DNA of 63,384 nucleotides, filler included, from Bipalium vagum (taxonomy: Eukaryota), in NCBI GenBank assembly GCA_037834085.1. It is 3 parts of 3 records of this genome, joined end to end, with 100 filler letters (N's around TTAATTAATTAA, not from the genome) between each part and the next. Parts side by side here need not be neighbours in the genome. Positions count along the whole stretch, not along the records: positions 1 to 15,866 come from JBBMKC010141553.1; positions 15,967 to 44,267 come from JBBMKC010056816.1; 1 more part is not named here. One strand, 5' to 3'. Shown here in pieces: positions 14,233 through 27,260 of this stretch (position 1 is the first letter of the stretch; every line of letters starts with the position of its first letter). Both the position numbers and the translations under genes were made by a program. The notes under the pieces are model-generated. The model had not been told where the DNA came from and ran no database searches. It was given only the letters and a program-made list of their open reading frames with translations.

Positions 14233-14728
14233 ATCCGAGAGGCATAACGATTACAAAGAAGCTAACAGAAATCAGCTTGTTTATTTTTAATTAATTTGTG
14301 AAACAAAAGTGAAACTAAAATATGAAACATAAATGATTAATCAACAATAATATTAAATGGAAATTTTTCCCTATTTTTATTAATAATTCTAATTATTTGT
14401 TTTTCCTCGTATTACATCATTGTAGGACTAAAAATAATTTGATTGCACCCTGACTGATGCTGTACGAGAAAAAAAGTATTTAGCTATGATCTTTGTATGA
14501 ACAGAATTTTCTATTAATTATAATATAATTTAGAATTATATGATATATTTTTAATTGAATTTTTTAATTGGTTATTTTTATTAATATCATTTTATAATTA
14601 ATTTTTTTTGACTATTTTCTAATATAATATAATATTTTATAGAAGATATTTTATTGAATGAGCCTAATGACAAACACTGTATTATATAACTTTGTGGAAT
14701 AATATATAAATTATATTTTTTGTAAAAC

Positions 14729-15163
14729 CTGAGTTGTCTGGTTGTTCGGTAAATGAGCCCGAAGGACTGTTCTTGGTACGTTTGTACACGGGATAGTCAA
14801 CTGATCCGTGTTCATCGGTGATGTTTGGAAATAACTTTCATTGCTTTTTGGTACGGACGGTAACGTATTTTTAGTCTCTTTTTTTGCTTCTTTATTATTC
14901 GCTTTATGATTAATGGTGAAAAAGGACTGATTCTGAGTTCGGCTTTTATCCAAGTAATGATTTATGTGACAGTTAGCATCGGGTACGACTTGACTTTGAA
15001 CTGAAGTACAAGCTACATTGGAGTTCTGAGTCTGTTTCTCCATGAAGTCTAGCTGCAATTTTATTTCTTCCATCTCGGTAGTAAATTTTTCTATTAGAAT
15101 TTGAATACTGGATATATCTGCAGACAATTCATCATATTCCTGAATATAATTTATTAGTTCCAT
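14729..15163 (-). CDS. raf: Raf-family kinase exon 1 (N-terminal coiled coil and first RBD strand)
   Basis: ATG at 15163; 145 codons ending VLRAHLPNNQTTQ|gtttta, matching the Raf RBD start (.R..LPN.QRT.V). Helical N-terminus resembles the BRAF-type N-terminal region. Splices in frame (phase 0) to exon 2 VEVRPG. Confidence 0.85.
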
Positions 15164-15744
15164 GGAATAGGGAATAAAATATTTTATTAATTATTATTAA
15201 ATTTAAATAATGTTTATGGGTTTTGATTACAATTCAACTATTATTAATAAATGAACGGGCATTGGTTATTATTAACTACAAAATATCTGATAAGTATCAT
15301 AATTCCGTCAAAAAATTATTTTACTATAATATATTATTGCTGTTGCCCCTGGTAATCGAACCGATTTATAAAAATGATAATTAATAAAAAATAAGCATAT
15401 ATTTCAATGACTATTGGTAAACAGTTGGAATTCATTAATTCTACATAGCCAAAAATGAAAGTATTTTCAATTGAATTATCGGGAAAATAATGAATAATTT
15501 ATTATGGAAATAAAATATCATTTTTTTATTATTTATTTATATTTTTTGAACAGATTTTTAAAATGAGTTTATGTCAATATCTCAATCTCAACAGAAAATA
15601 AGAAGTTTAAAAAAAATGTTAAAAAGAAAAAAACCTATTGGTAAACATTTTTAACAACGGTAAAATTCGGATAACTCAATATTCACGGTGCTGGAAAATT
15701 AAATCGAGTTAAATGAATATCCAGATAACCGGATTTATATATTA

Positions 15745-15866
15745 AATCCAACTGGTCTAAAAGACTTGTGTAGTATTCGGAATCAATATTTTTGCCCTTT
15801 TCAAGGTAATCTATCAGCAGAATACCCTTGGCATCCCAAAAAACTGATGCCATTACCTTTTTAGCC
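15745..15866 (-). mobile_element. Well-preserved mariner transposase fragment next to a gap
   Basis: AKKVMASVFWDAKGILLIDYLEKGKNIDSEYYTSLLDQL with no stops. Confidence 0.85.
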
Positions 15867-15966
15867 NNNNNNNNNNNNNNNNNNNNNNNNNNNNNNNNNN
15901 NNNNNNNNNNTTAATTAATTAANNNNNNNNNNNNNNNNNNNNNNNNNNNNNNNNNNNNNNNNNNNN
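15867..15966. other. Assembly gap with artificial TTAATTAATTAA linker
   Basis: N44-TTAATTAATTAA-N44; an identical construct occurs at 44268-44367. Confidence 0.95.
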
Positions 15967-16004
15967 AAAATATTTTTTTCTGTAAAAAAGCAGTCTTTGT
16001 TTTT

Positions 16005-16044
16005 CTAATAAAAAAACGCACGAACTTTCCGGACAACCCAATAT
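16005..16044. mobile_element. Mariner-type terminal inverted repeat
   Basis: aaaaaacgcacgaactttccggacaacccaata; the reverse complement TA-TTGGGTTGTCCGGAAAGTTCGTGCG is a mariner-like end. Confidence 0.6.
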
Positions 16045-16869
16045 AATAATTTTACTGAACTTCATCAACTTTAAATTATGAACACTTAATAAACGTTAAC
16101 TTCCGTGTAAAGTACATATTTACAAACAATCATCCAAACAAATTGTTCGAATCCATCCTCCGTATAAAAGAAAAATGTACAGTTTAATTAAAAGTAATTA
16201 ATATTAATCTTTATCACGTTCCTTGGTCGTAATCTGAAATCCCGCTGATTGACGACATCAACTGATAAGTAACTGCTCTTGTAAATCTATAACAGAGCTG
16301 TCCCAGAATATTTATGGCTGTAAATCTATTTTACTGATAGTGAAGTGACATTTGAGTTGGCAAGGTACAAACAAATGTCCACCTTAACAATACATAGATT
16401 ACCTTCCCGGAATCTAAGACGAAAAGCAAATGAAAAATTATTAATGAACTAATTAACTAATTATTTTTATTACCACTGGTATCAGTCACAGTATTCACCC
16501 CATTCTGGAACCGAATATCCCCATGTTTCAGTGCTCTGATAGCCCATGTGAGAATTATGCGACTTGTATACTTGAATTAGAAAATATTGATAATCAATAA
16601 TAAACGTATAAAATCCATTTCTTGGATTCTGGTTCTGAAAATCAGTCCAATAAATAATTAACCATTAACAATTAAAATTAGCTTGTTATATTTTTAATAT
16701 TGTTTTTTTTAAAAATTTTTACTAGTTTAATGTTTAAAAATTAAATAATATAAAAAAAATTTAAAAAAGAAATAAGGAAAATAAAATGGTATAATAATGA
16801 TAATGTAATAATATTAGATCAAAAAGTTAAGTTTTTAAATAAAATAGTTAATACAAAATAATATCAATC

Positions 16870-18005
16870 AATTATGTATCCACCATCATTATTGACAGTC
16901 ATCTGTCCATAAAGTACTGGATACTATCCGTAAATAATTTATCAGGCTTTTCATCAAAAGAAGATTGCAGCTCGATTTTAGCTCATCATTGTTGACAAAC
17001 CTTTTACATTTACGAAGGTGCTGCAAAGATCAATAAATATAATAATATGATAGCGAGGTATCAGGCCCGTTAGCTGGGGAGGCAGAATTTCATAGCCAAA
17101 ATCATGCATATTTTATTGAGTAACTTTAGAAGTGCGAATAATAGCTTTATAAGGGAGAAGAGCGACGTTTGTTCTATTGACTAAATCTTGGCGAGTTTTT
17201 AAAAGTCGGTCCAATTGTTGAAAGTAGTAATTTGAGTCAACAGTTTGCCAATAATCAAGCACATCCCAATTTCCTTTCAGTCTCACCATACGCACAACAA
17301 ACACTTTACCATATATTTATCGTCTTCCAGTTGGAATTGGAGTCTGTTCTGTAGAAATCCATTGACAATAATGACCAGTGTTCTCATATAAAATCCACTT
17401 TTCATCTGAATAGACAATTTTCTTCCAAAACGGATCTTGCTTATGCCTTATATGATTTTTATTTGAAATCATTATGCTTATAGACTTCTGCTCATTCGAT
17501 AAGTTAGTTGAAATCCATATCCAAGCTCTGAATGACTTTGCAATAAGATGCAGATGATCGCGGACGGTCTAGTCACCACAGTGGAGATTAAAACCCATTT
17601 CTGATTCGACCAATTGTCATAAAACTTTATCATAAAGAGTCGAAGGTCGATCAGTCTTCGATATGTCTACCAGGTTTCTATCATAATTTCTGAATCGATT
17701 GAGCCACATCTTGCATTCAATCTTATTTAATACATTTTTCTCATAAATTTCTTTTATTCTTAAGTGAGTAACTGTTGCACTAGACCCTTGGTCAAATTCA
17801 TACAGAAGACAGTTTATAATATATGTCTTATCTGCATCCATATTTTGATTTTAAAAAGCGTATCTAGCAACGATATTTTTAAAACAAATAATCGATTAAA
17901 TATCCATCTAATAATTAAATCTAATTTTATTTATAAACAATTAATTTAAAATGACATAAGTGCGATTACTTGCAAAATCACACTTGTTTCTTTCTGGGGT
18001 ATCTA
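16870..18005 (-). mobile_element. Near full-length degenerate mariner
   Basis: N-terminal MDADKTYIINCLLYEFDQG...WLNRFR...DRPS, IVYSDEKWILY (~17390-17420), VDSNYYFQQLDRL and a degenerate SPD/YLL region; many stops. Confidence 0.85.
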
Positions 18006-18472
18006 TTATCGCTTTTCTGTAATGTCTAAAAACGATTAGATATTCCAAGATGGGTCTAAAAAAGTAAAAATAAATAAATTAAAATAGTAAATACAAACTT
18101 CTTTTAGTAGTATTCTTTATCCTACAATTAGAGGGAGTTCAATTTAGTATTTTTAAAAATTGGCTTATTATATTCATCTATCTGTTATTAATATAATAAT
18201 ATAATTATTTTTATTATAATTATTATGAAGATTATTCTTTTTGTTACTATTTTTATTATTATTTTTATTATTATTACTCATTTTAGAAAAGGTAGTGGCA
18301 GAAGTGATGTTCGGAGGCTGTTGCATTTCACATATTTCATTATCAAACAAACCCTTTCTAATCATTGTATTAATAATGACCACATGAAGTTGACAAGTAA
18401 AGAAAATGTATTTTCATAATTTAGTACACATGAAACAAAATACTGTTAGAAGATGTTTAAAGGTGAGCTCAT

Positions 18473-19663
18473 TCAAAGAGCCTGGATTTGTTGTTTGTTG
18501 ATTTTACAAAAGTCCGTGGAACTGCGTTTTCCATTAAGAAGCTCTATTCTGGTATTGGGTGTATGGGTATCCGTGGTGTATTTGGAACTTTTTCGGAAAA
18601 ACTGAACTTGGAACAATCTGATGGAGAAGAAGTAGAGAAAGAAATTGGCGAACGAGTCCAAATAAATGCAAATATTTGCTATCACCAATAACTTGTCGAA
18701 ATATTGGATCTCATTCGCATTTCCCATGCTTATCAATTTGCTGAAGAATGCGGGCATTTCCAAAAACAGAAACGTAAAGCAGATCGATATTATCAGAGCG
18801 TCCGTTGTCCATTTCGTTCGACGCATCGTGGACTGTCTGTTCTTCGCCAAGCACATTCGTTGGAATTCTGATCGTTTGTGGATCTTTATTATTATAAAGA
18901 TATTCAAAACGATAACGATTAGTATGGGACCTGCCGTTTGAAAAAGAAATAGCAATATGTTCGTGTACAGAATACGATACAAGTTGTAAGCTTCGAGAAG
19001 GGGTTCCGTTTTGAAATTGATTCCAGTCTCTTCACAATAGGTGATGGACACTTCGAAAATTTTAGGATACCCCAACATCAATGATATGAGCACCACTAAT
19101 CCCATTATGAACGGCCAAGTGGACAATGTGATTTGCCTATTGGAACCGATGGGTCGGCAAATTGCCTCATATCGGTGAACTGCTAACAGGGAAATCAGAA
19201 AATTTCTTGCTATCAAAAGAACGTGAATTCCATAGAAAACCAATCGAATAATGAAATCAACTGTATAAATAGCCAGGATTTTCTTTCTGATCATTTGGTT
19301 GTCAACCTCAAACAGTTCCGTTGAACCGTAGAAAAAAACCAGACCCTGGAAAATGACTTCCACTATACTGAGACTATATATGATTCTCATCATGACACTG
19401 TTATTGGTGCGACTGGCCAGCTTGGATATCATGATCAGAGCGGTGGTATGAGCGAAAATGTTTATGGAACTGATGACCATAGAACAAATTAAATAATTTC
19501 TCATGAAAAACGTTTCGCTCTGCTCCAAGACATTATTGTGGCATTTGTTCATTGATGCAGAAGAGAGATACATGATTGAGAAATTCGATGGAATAAACTG
19601 AATAAGTCTGTTATGGAGTCCAACGGCCGACCAATCAAATATCGATTTATTTATGCCAATCAT
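18473..19663 (-). CDS. Intronless class A (rhodopsin-like) GPCR, peptide/FMRFamide-receptor-like
   Basis: 396-aa uninterrupted ORF with 7 hydrophobic segments; TM3 LLAVHRYEAICRP, TM5 FQTAGPILIV, TM6 FLFLEMP, TM7 DSFANFFLY. Confidence 0.92.
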   Translation of the reverse strand: MIGINKSIFDWSAVGLHNRLIQFIPSNFSIMYLSSASMNKCHNNVLEQSETFFMRNYLICSMVISSINIFAHTTALIMISKLASRTNNSVMMRIIYSLSIVEVIFQGLVFFYGSTELFEVDNQMIRKKILAIYTVDFIIRLVFYGIHVLLIARNFLISLLAVHRYEAICRPIGSNRQITLSTWPFIMGLVVLISLMLGYPKIFEVSITYCEETGINFKTEPLLEAYNLYRILYTNILLFLFQTAGPILIVIVLNIFIIIKIHKRSEFQRMCLAKNRQSTMRRTKWTTDALIISICFTFLFLEMPAFFSKLISMGNANEIQYFDKLLVIANICIYLDSFANFFLYFFSIRLFQVQFFRKSSKYTTDTHTPNTRIELLNGKRSSTDFCKINKQQIQAL

Positions 19664-20099
19664 ATTTTGTTTTAATCAGTAGCAGGATTTATTCTAAGAG
19701 TAAATTCGGTTGAGATTGGCAAATTTATTAATTTAATTTATTAAAGAAATGAATTTGTTTTAATTAATTATTATTGATTATTATTTCATAATTTTGCTTA
19801 ATCTAAATTCGCTTAGTCCACTCTTTCAAATTATGATTTTTTCATATTGTTATTTTTGTTTAAAATTACTATTTTATTTGTGCTATATCAATAAATTAAT
19901 AAATCGAAATATTATTATTTTAATATTTGGTTATTTAATAATAATAATAAAGTTTGATAATAATAAATCATTATAATTAGATTGTACCATTTGAAATATC
20001 TGACTTCAATAGAACATTTTGGGAAAAATATATTTTACAGTCCTTTTTGGTAAGCTGTAAAAATCAACTATTTGCATTTAGAAATGTTCATGTTACGAC

Positions 20100-20584
20100 A
20101 TGATATTTCTCATATTTTTTTATACAATCAATGTCCAAATCCAACAGCAAAAACCAGGTCTGCACCCAAAAAGGTTTTGTTGTGTGTTTGATGGGATATG
20201 GGGAGTTTGGTGCATTATGAACTGTTGGATATGAATGAAACAATTACTGTACAGGTCTATTGTCAACAATTTGATCGATTACGACCAAGTTTAATTAAAA
20301 AGAGACCTGCTCTGAGCAACCGAACAGGAGTAATCCTACAACAAGACAATACCAAGCCTTATACGGCTTAAGTCACTAGGGAAGAATTGAAAGACTTCGG
20401 ATGGGACCTTCTTCCCCATTCTAGCTATAGCCCAGATATTGCGTCATATGATTTCGCTTTACATAAGCCAGTGAAACAGTGATTGAAAGTAATGGACAAT
20501 AAATTATCGATTAGAATTATTTAATAAAATTTGCATTTCTTTGCTTAATATGAATTCCGTGAAGACTTTCCTTCCGACCTTATA
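20100..20584 (+). mobile_element. Mariner 3' fragment with TIR
   Basis: KPGLHPKKVLLCV*WD..VHYELL, LQQDNTKP, HSSYSPDIASYDF; terminal ccgtgaagacttttccttccgaccttata. Confidence 0.8.
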
Positions 20585-20759
20585 ATAAACACATTTGAAA
20601 CTTAATATTCTTTTAGGGCTCGCTAAACTTTAAATGTTTTATTAAAATATTTAAACTAAGAAAGTGTATTTGTGGTGTATTCGACACTATTATACTATTG
20701 GAACGTCAAAATAATATTATTATGAATATTAATTCTAAGATACTTTGTTAAGAATAACA

Positions 20760-20900
20760 TGACGTCTTTTAACAAAGTGATTTGTGCACCATGTAATCTG
20801 ACGTTGTCGTGAACCAAAAGAAGTTTATGGCTATTGATCAAAGAAGACCTTTTAGTACAACTTTTTTGTGCGTTTTTGAAGCTCTCTGCAGTAAGAATGT
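20760..20900 (-). mobile_element. Short mariner fragment
   Basis: KRSSLINSHKLLLVHDNVRLHGAQIT (HDNARPH-like motif). Confidence 0.6.
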
Positions 20901-22571
20901 GTTTTGATACTTTCATCAAATTTTCAAACACCTTTACCAAAAGTCATCATTGATTTATTTGATTGTTATCGTTGCATTAAGGCCTTTTTCGAAATGGAAA
21001 AAAAGAAACAAAGAAAAATTATCAACCAATTAAAACTACTTACCAATATTTTGAACGAGCGCAAAGAAATAAAAATAAACACGTTTTTTATGTAACTGAA
21101 GCAATAATTCTCCGGTAATATCAATCCTTTTCACAACTCTTGCCTTCAACTGCCATAGTTCCAAATGTCCTGGTTTTTAAACCAACAAGTAAATTACAAC
21201 CTTTTCTGATAAATCACATAGTCATTGTGCCGGTTAAATGAGTAAAGAGCACTATTTCTCTTTTTTGTTTTAATGATCTAAACGTCCGTTACCATGTATA
21301 TAAAAGAACCCTTATTAGACTTTAAAATCAGTACTCACTAAAATTGAAAGAAAAAAATCTAAATTTGCTTTGATACATTTTTACACTTATCCACACTTTT
21401 AACATATATTTTAGAACAACCTCAGATCTTTTAGAAAGCTTTTCTCTGGGCTTTACCAACTGGATTGTTTCCTTCTATCATAAACACGACAATCTCTAAG
21501 TTTTCATTAAAAATTTGGATCAGGTTTGCATGCGGCATAACTTAAATATAACTGGGTTTTAGAGTGAAAGAGATAATAAGGTTCCTGTAATTATATTGTT
21601 GAAATTTTGAAAAGGACCGCCGAATACTTCTAAGTAGGGGAGTATGAAATTTGCTAATTGTCTCTGATACGAGCTTGACTTCCAATTCAAATTACAGCAC
21701 TCCGAAATAATTACAGAATCTGTTTTCGCTTGTCTCTTTGAAAAACACAATTTTTATGCTCAAATGATCCCAAAAGTAGGCAAATCCTTCTGATCCGTGT
21801 CGATAACTCCGAGTAACATTTCACCATTTTTTAACCCATGTCATTTTTGGTCAAAGGAAGTATTTTTTAGAATTGGGACTTTAGAGAAGTTCAACCATAG
21901 TGCATTTGTAACGGTTATTAGGTACTCTAAAGTCTCAAAGATAATCCTTGGAATAAAATTTTAAAAATGTTACAATTTCAGAAAACTAGTAGGACGGGTT
22001 ATCTCAACAAAATACAGGGGTCGGGTTATCAGAGAGACTTTACAGTACAAAGAATCAAAGAGCAAAGGGAAATAAAAAATTATGAAAATAAACTTATTAA
22101 TTAATAATTCAAATAATTCAAATTCACTTGGCTCTTTCCATTTTTCCGCCATTCGAGACAAATTATAATGTATTTTTTATTGAACATTTAAAAATTTATT
22201 CAATAATTATTTCATTGGTTTAAAAAATGTATTAAGATATTTCTTATTAAATCGAAGAAAAAAAATTTTAGTCAATTCTTTGATAATAAAAAATTTTACA
22301 TTTCATTCAATTTTAATTAAATGTCCAAAAACTATGAGAGATGTGCTGATACATCTGATGATCATAAAAAATTGAAAAATAACTAGGACTTCTTAATAAT
22401 ATTAAATAAAAAAATAAATGTATCCCTATAAATAGACAAGGTGGGCTTCTGAACTAAATCGAGTTAAAAACAAAATGCAATGATTGTCCTAGTTACAATT
22501 TATTTATCAATTATATATATATAATTATTATTTTTATTATTTAATTTTTATAATTTAATTTTTATTATTTA

Positions 22572-22770
22572 NNNNNNNNNNNNNNNNNNNNNNNNNNNNN
22601 NNNNNNNNNNNNNNNNNNNNNNNNNNNNNNNNNNNNNNNNNNNNNNNNNNNNNNNNNNNNNNNNNNNNNNNNNNNNNNNNNNNNNNNNNNNNNNNNNNNN
22701 NNNNNNNNNNNNNNNNNNNNNNNNNNNNNNNNNNNNNNNNNNNNNNNNNNNNNNNNNNNNNNNNNNNNNN
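22572..22770. other. Assembly gap
   Basis: N run. Confidence 1.
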
Positions 22771-23999
22771 TATTTATTTTCCTATTTATTCTGATTTATT
22801 TTCTGATCTATTGTCGTTCTCATATTAGATAGACATTAGCCTTGGATACAAAGGTTTGATTTAATCTTGTTATGAATAGCCTTAACATGAATAATTGCAT
22901 AATCACTTTAATGAATAAATTATGGATTTCAAGCTTCTTCAGGTTAATGTGGCACTGACCTGTCATTCACAACCTGTTACCAAGACCATTCTGCAAGGAG
23001 TTTGTTTTAGAAAAATAATCGATCAGGTGTCAATAATTTTTAGAGAAAAGATAATCTGATGAACGAAGAGAATCTCTCATTTATGTCTATAAGATAATGA
23101 TTTATTTAAAAAATGTGAAAAGAAAGATCGCAGTTTCGAAGATAGATTATGGTTTGCCTTTTTTAATTAACATCAATTCTGATAATTTGGATAAATTATT
23201 TTTGAAAAAGTTGATTGTGCTTTCTCGTGAAAGGATAAAAGTTAAATTTTGGAAGGATTTATTGGATATATTAACAACTTCAAAATAGTAAAGGAGAATA
23301 AATAAAAAAATTAAGAGCGGTAAAAAGATAGAAGGTTTCAGCAAAGTATCAGATGTGTGGAAACTACCTTCATCAATCCATTGACCAATCAAATCCACCG
23401 GATTTGGTGAATCTATAATTAGTAATAAACTTATTAATTTGAAAAAATAATTTTAATAAAATTGATAAAATTATTAAAAATAAATATAGAAGAACCGAGC
23501 AAAATTTTGTGAGAAATAAAGTTGTTCAATATCAATACTAAATAAACACGCTTAGATCAAATAATACATTACTGAAATCACGCGCTGGTCATTATCAATG
23601 ACAATTTTATATATAAATATCAAATTCCATTTCAGACTAGGAACTGTGCAAATCACGACTTTTTTCTCTTCAAGTCAATAAAATCAAATTTAAGTCAATT
23701 GCGAGATCTTATTTTTATCCTTGAATAGACAGGATAATTTTTACAGGTCATAACCCACATACACTACCGCAACTGAACGTATTATTATGATAAAAGAATC
23801 TTTTCGTAATCAAAGCAAACTAAATTTTCGATCTTAGTAAATAAGTTATGTGTTCCTATAAACAATGTCGTTCTTATTATGGACTTAAATGAAATATATG
23901 TTTTGTGTATGAAAGGACATGAATTAATGTATTACTTTTCTAAAATTCACTTAACCCTCTAAATACAAAAGTAAGAAATACATTATATCAAATTGTTTT

Positions 24000-25381
24000 A
24001 ATGATCTATTTTTAGCGTCAAATTTGACCTTGAAATATGAGATTTTAGTAATTTTACGTCATTATTGGAAAAGATTTATCCGTGTCGAAAAATGTCCGTT
24101 TTATTACGGAATATAAAGGTCCAGGTGATATAAACAAGAAGACAGCTATGTGATGATTTGCAAAGTTCAAATCGGGTGATACTGGTCTTTAAAGTTAACC
24201 TGGTTGCAAAAGGGAAATATCTTGAAAGAGTCTATTGAAACCAGTTAGTTTCAATCAATTTGTCACCACCCAACGACATCTTCATTCTAATAAAAAGAAT
24301 ATAGAGCTCCTCGAATCAATCCTTATGAACTCGGAGAAAGTCAGACAAATAAAAAGTTGAACTTTGTTACTTTTAGAAAACCAATTGTTCAACCTATGAG
24401 ATAAATTGAAAATTATTCGAAATGAGCCACATGTTTCTTGTTCTAAAATACAATGATTTGTAAAATAGCTCAGATTATCCATTTCTGAGCCTTACGGTGA
24501 AATCATCTTCTTCAAGCACCTGCTAGATGGTAATAATTTAAACTGGAACATTTATTCAATCTGATTGAAGGCCTGCGTTAAGTTATGACAACAAGATATC
24601 CTTCTTTAATCAATCGGAAGTCTAATTAAAAGCGGATAACGCAAAGTCTCATACTTCACATAAATCAATGTCATTTTCAACAACCTTGATGACATTGAAC
24701 TATTATCACATTTGTCTTACTAGCCAGATGTCGAAGATTCTGATTTTCATTTGTTTCGCTCAATGTCACATGTTCTCCAATGACAGCGCTTTTAAAATCA
24801 AGAAGAACTCACAGTTTGTGATATCCACCTTCAGAGGAAACAAAGAAAACGTTTCTTGCATACGATTGTGAAAGGAGACGAGATAAGGCATCTTGGGTGA
24901 AGCCTGTGGATTAAGTACATCAATCGATCCAAATTAATTCATTTAAAACGAGCTCTGAAAGAGAAAAGGTTCGAATAGGCGGACAGACCTGAATAAGATT
25001 ATATTACTACACGATAACGCCAGACCGTATGTTCATTCTATTGTAAATAATTACTTAGAAGGTGCAAACTGGAAGTCTTACATCACCCGCCATATTTACC
25101 AAATATTGCTTCTTCGGATTTCCTTTTGTTCCGTTCCATGCAATTCACGCTTTCTTGGAAACGATTCAGTTCAGATGAAGAACTTCAAAACTGAATTGAT
25201 AGCTGAATTTCTTTAAAAGAACCAGGATTTTTTGTGGAATCCATTCGTTGCCTAAAAGATGGTCCAATGTCATATCGGTAAATGGAAAATATTTTGATTA
25301 CATGTTATTAGTTAATTAAGACTTTTAAAAAATGTCATTTTTATTAAAAAAACAGATGGAATCATACTAATACACCTAATA
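24000..25381 (+). mobile_element. Two tandem or nested degenerate mariner fragments
   Basis: First copy: FKSGDTGL, ADNAKSHTS, Y*PDVEDSDFHLFRSM (24170-24766). Second copy: LLHDNARPYV, HPPYLPNIASSDFLLFRSM, W..V...NGKYFD, and a TIR ending tacacctaata at 25381. Confidence 0.8.
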
Positions 25382-27099
25382 TATATTTTTGTCAATCAAG
25401 CAGTAATGAGCCATTACTGTTTGAATATTATTGTGTATTTCAATAAATTAATTAATGAACAGTAACTAAGCGTTACTGATTCTCAAAATTTTTAAATTAA
25501 ATTAGTTTAAGGACAAAGATTACTTGAGTGAAATAAACTTCAATCCTTTTTCACTGTTCATTTCAAATATTTATAACTGCTTTGGCTCCTTATTTTTGTT
25601 CGGCAAGTTTATCAGGGCGTAGAGTAGACTTTTTCTACCTAAGGATTTCTGAGCTTAAGACCAGCAGGATTTTTTCATCGTTTCTCAGTTTTCATAATAT
25701 TTGGCGTTTTAAATGTGTGAACAGATTTTACAATCAATATACGTGCAAGCGTTGTAAAAAGAGAATAAATTTGTAAGTTTTTGTATTAAACATACATTAC
25801 TAAAATTAATTTGCTTTTATTTGAACACAGTTATGGCAACCTTCAACCGTTAAGACCTTAATATCCAAATCTTTGTTCCATTTTAAACATCTTTACACGT
25901 GGAATTCGACAAAATAGTCAGATCAATTAGGAAAATTTACAATAATTAAAATAATAAATAAATTATGGTCTCGAAATTTAATGAAGCCTCTTTTGATGTC
26001 TATTTCCATATTGATCGTTATTGATTAGTTGCGTTTCTTCTGTTAATTATTTGTTCGAATTCATTCATTGATCAACTATTTATTATTTATTCCTTTTCTT
26101 TTTATTTATTTTTATTATTTGAAGAATAAAAAAAATTGTGCACCCATATCAAAACTTCTTGTTAAGATCTCTTCTTAAATTTTAAAGCAATAATGAAAAC
26201 AGTATTTAGATATATAATTTCTTGTTTTAATTAATTGAAAAATATAGGAAATGATTTTTAGAAAAATTCGGTGGAAATTTTATTATTCATAAAGCTTTAA
26301 AAATTACCACGGTTGTTTTTACGAGAACTGATATAAAATTCAGATTCGGAATTAATTGTATTAATTTAATTTAATAATTAATGAAAATGGATTTAATTTT
26401 GTTTATGATATGAAAAATAATTTTTTCGAAAAATAAAATTATTATCAGATAAAATATTTTTTCTGTTTGCATAGTAGACCAGAATTACAGAATTCTTGAT
26501 AATATTATTGATTTCGTTTGTGGACAGAACTCGATCATAATTTTTAATTATTTTTATCAAAATATTTGTTGATCAACAAAGATTAATCAAAAAAGTTTAA
26601 TCAAAAAACAATTTTTGCATGTACCTATATCAGAAACTTTTATGTTGTCTTCAAAAGGTTATCAGCCGATCTGTTTGTACTTTTAAGGATTAAATTTAAA
26701 CAAATAAAAATTAAAGACTGAATTAAAAAAAATTCAAATAATTTAATAAATATAATCGAAAAAGTAAAATTATTTGATTTTAAAATAAAATATTTATTTA
26801 TAAATAAATAATTTAAAATATCTCACTAAAACATTTATTAAAATATTAACACTAGTAATAAATAATCTGTTTTTATTATATAATGTAAGTATTGCAATTG
26901 ATTTAACAAATCAATTTAAAAATGATTTTTTTATCAAATAATCAAATGGTAAATTTTCTAAAATAATGAATCAAAAACTTCAACAAATTGCTTGCCAGCA
27001 ATATCCAACATGATAACAGATAAGATACTCATTCGATATTATATCTTATGTGAATTTCAACAATACAAAATGTGACAAGAGCATATGAATCGATTGGCT

Positions 27100-27260
27100 T
27101 GGTCATAGGCAAAGTAGGGACGTATAATTATTGCGCTTTTCGGTTTAAATGCTTCAACGAAGGTGATTTTGGTCTTACAGATACACCACGCTCTGGTGCT
27201 CCTAGACCATGCATCAATGAAGATCTTGACAACTGATGTTCGATAATGCGGCTCAGACAC
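27100..27260 (+). mobile_element. Mariner HTH fragment
   Basis: FKCFNEGDFGLTDTPRSGAPRPCINEDL. Confidence 0.6.

Noticed and set aside
15911-15922. TTAATTAATTAA palindrome inside N runs (also 44312-44323)
   Set aside because: Artificial all-frame-stop scaffolding linker, identical in both gaps; not biological.
18174-18419. Asn-rich and Ile-rich ORFs near the GPCR 3' end
   Set aside because: Products of AAT/TAT simple repeats; no domain evidence.
22800-23400. LINE RT C-terminal remnant (VSKIDYG)
   Set aside because: A single short motif; insufficient for a call.
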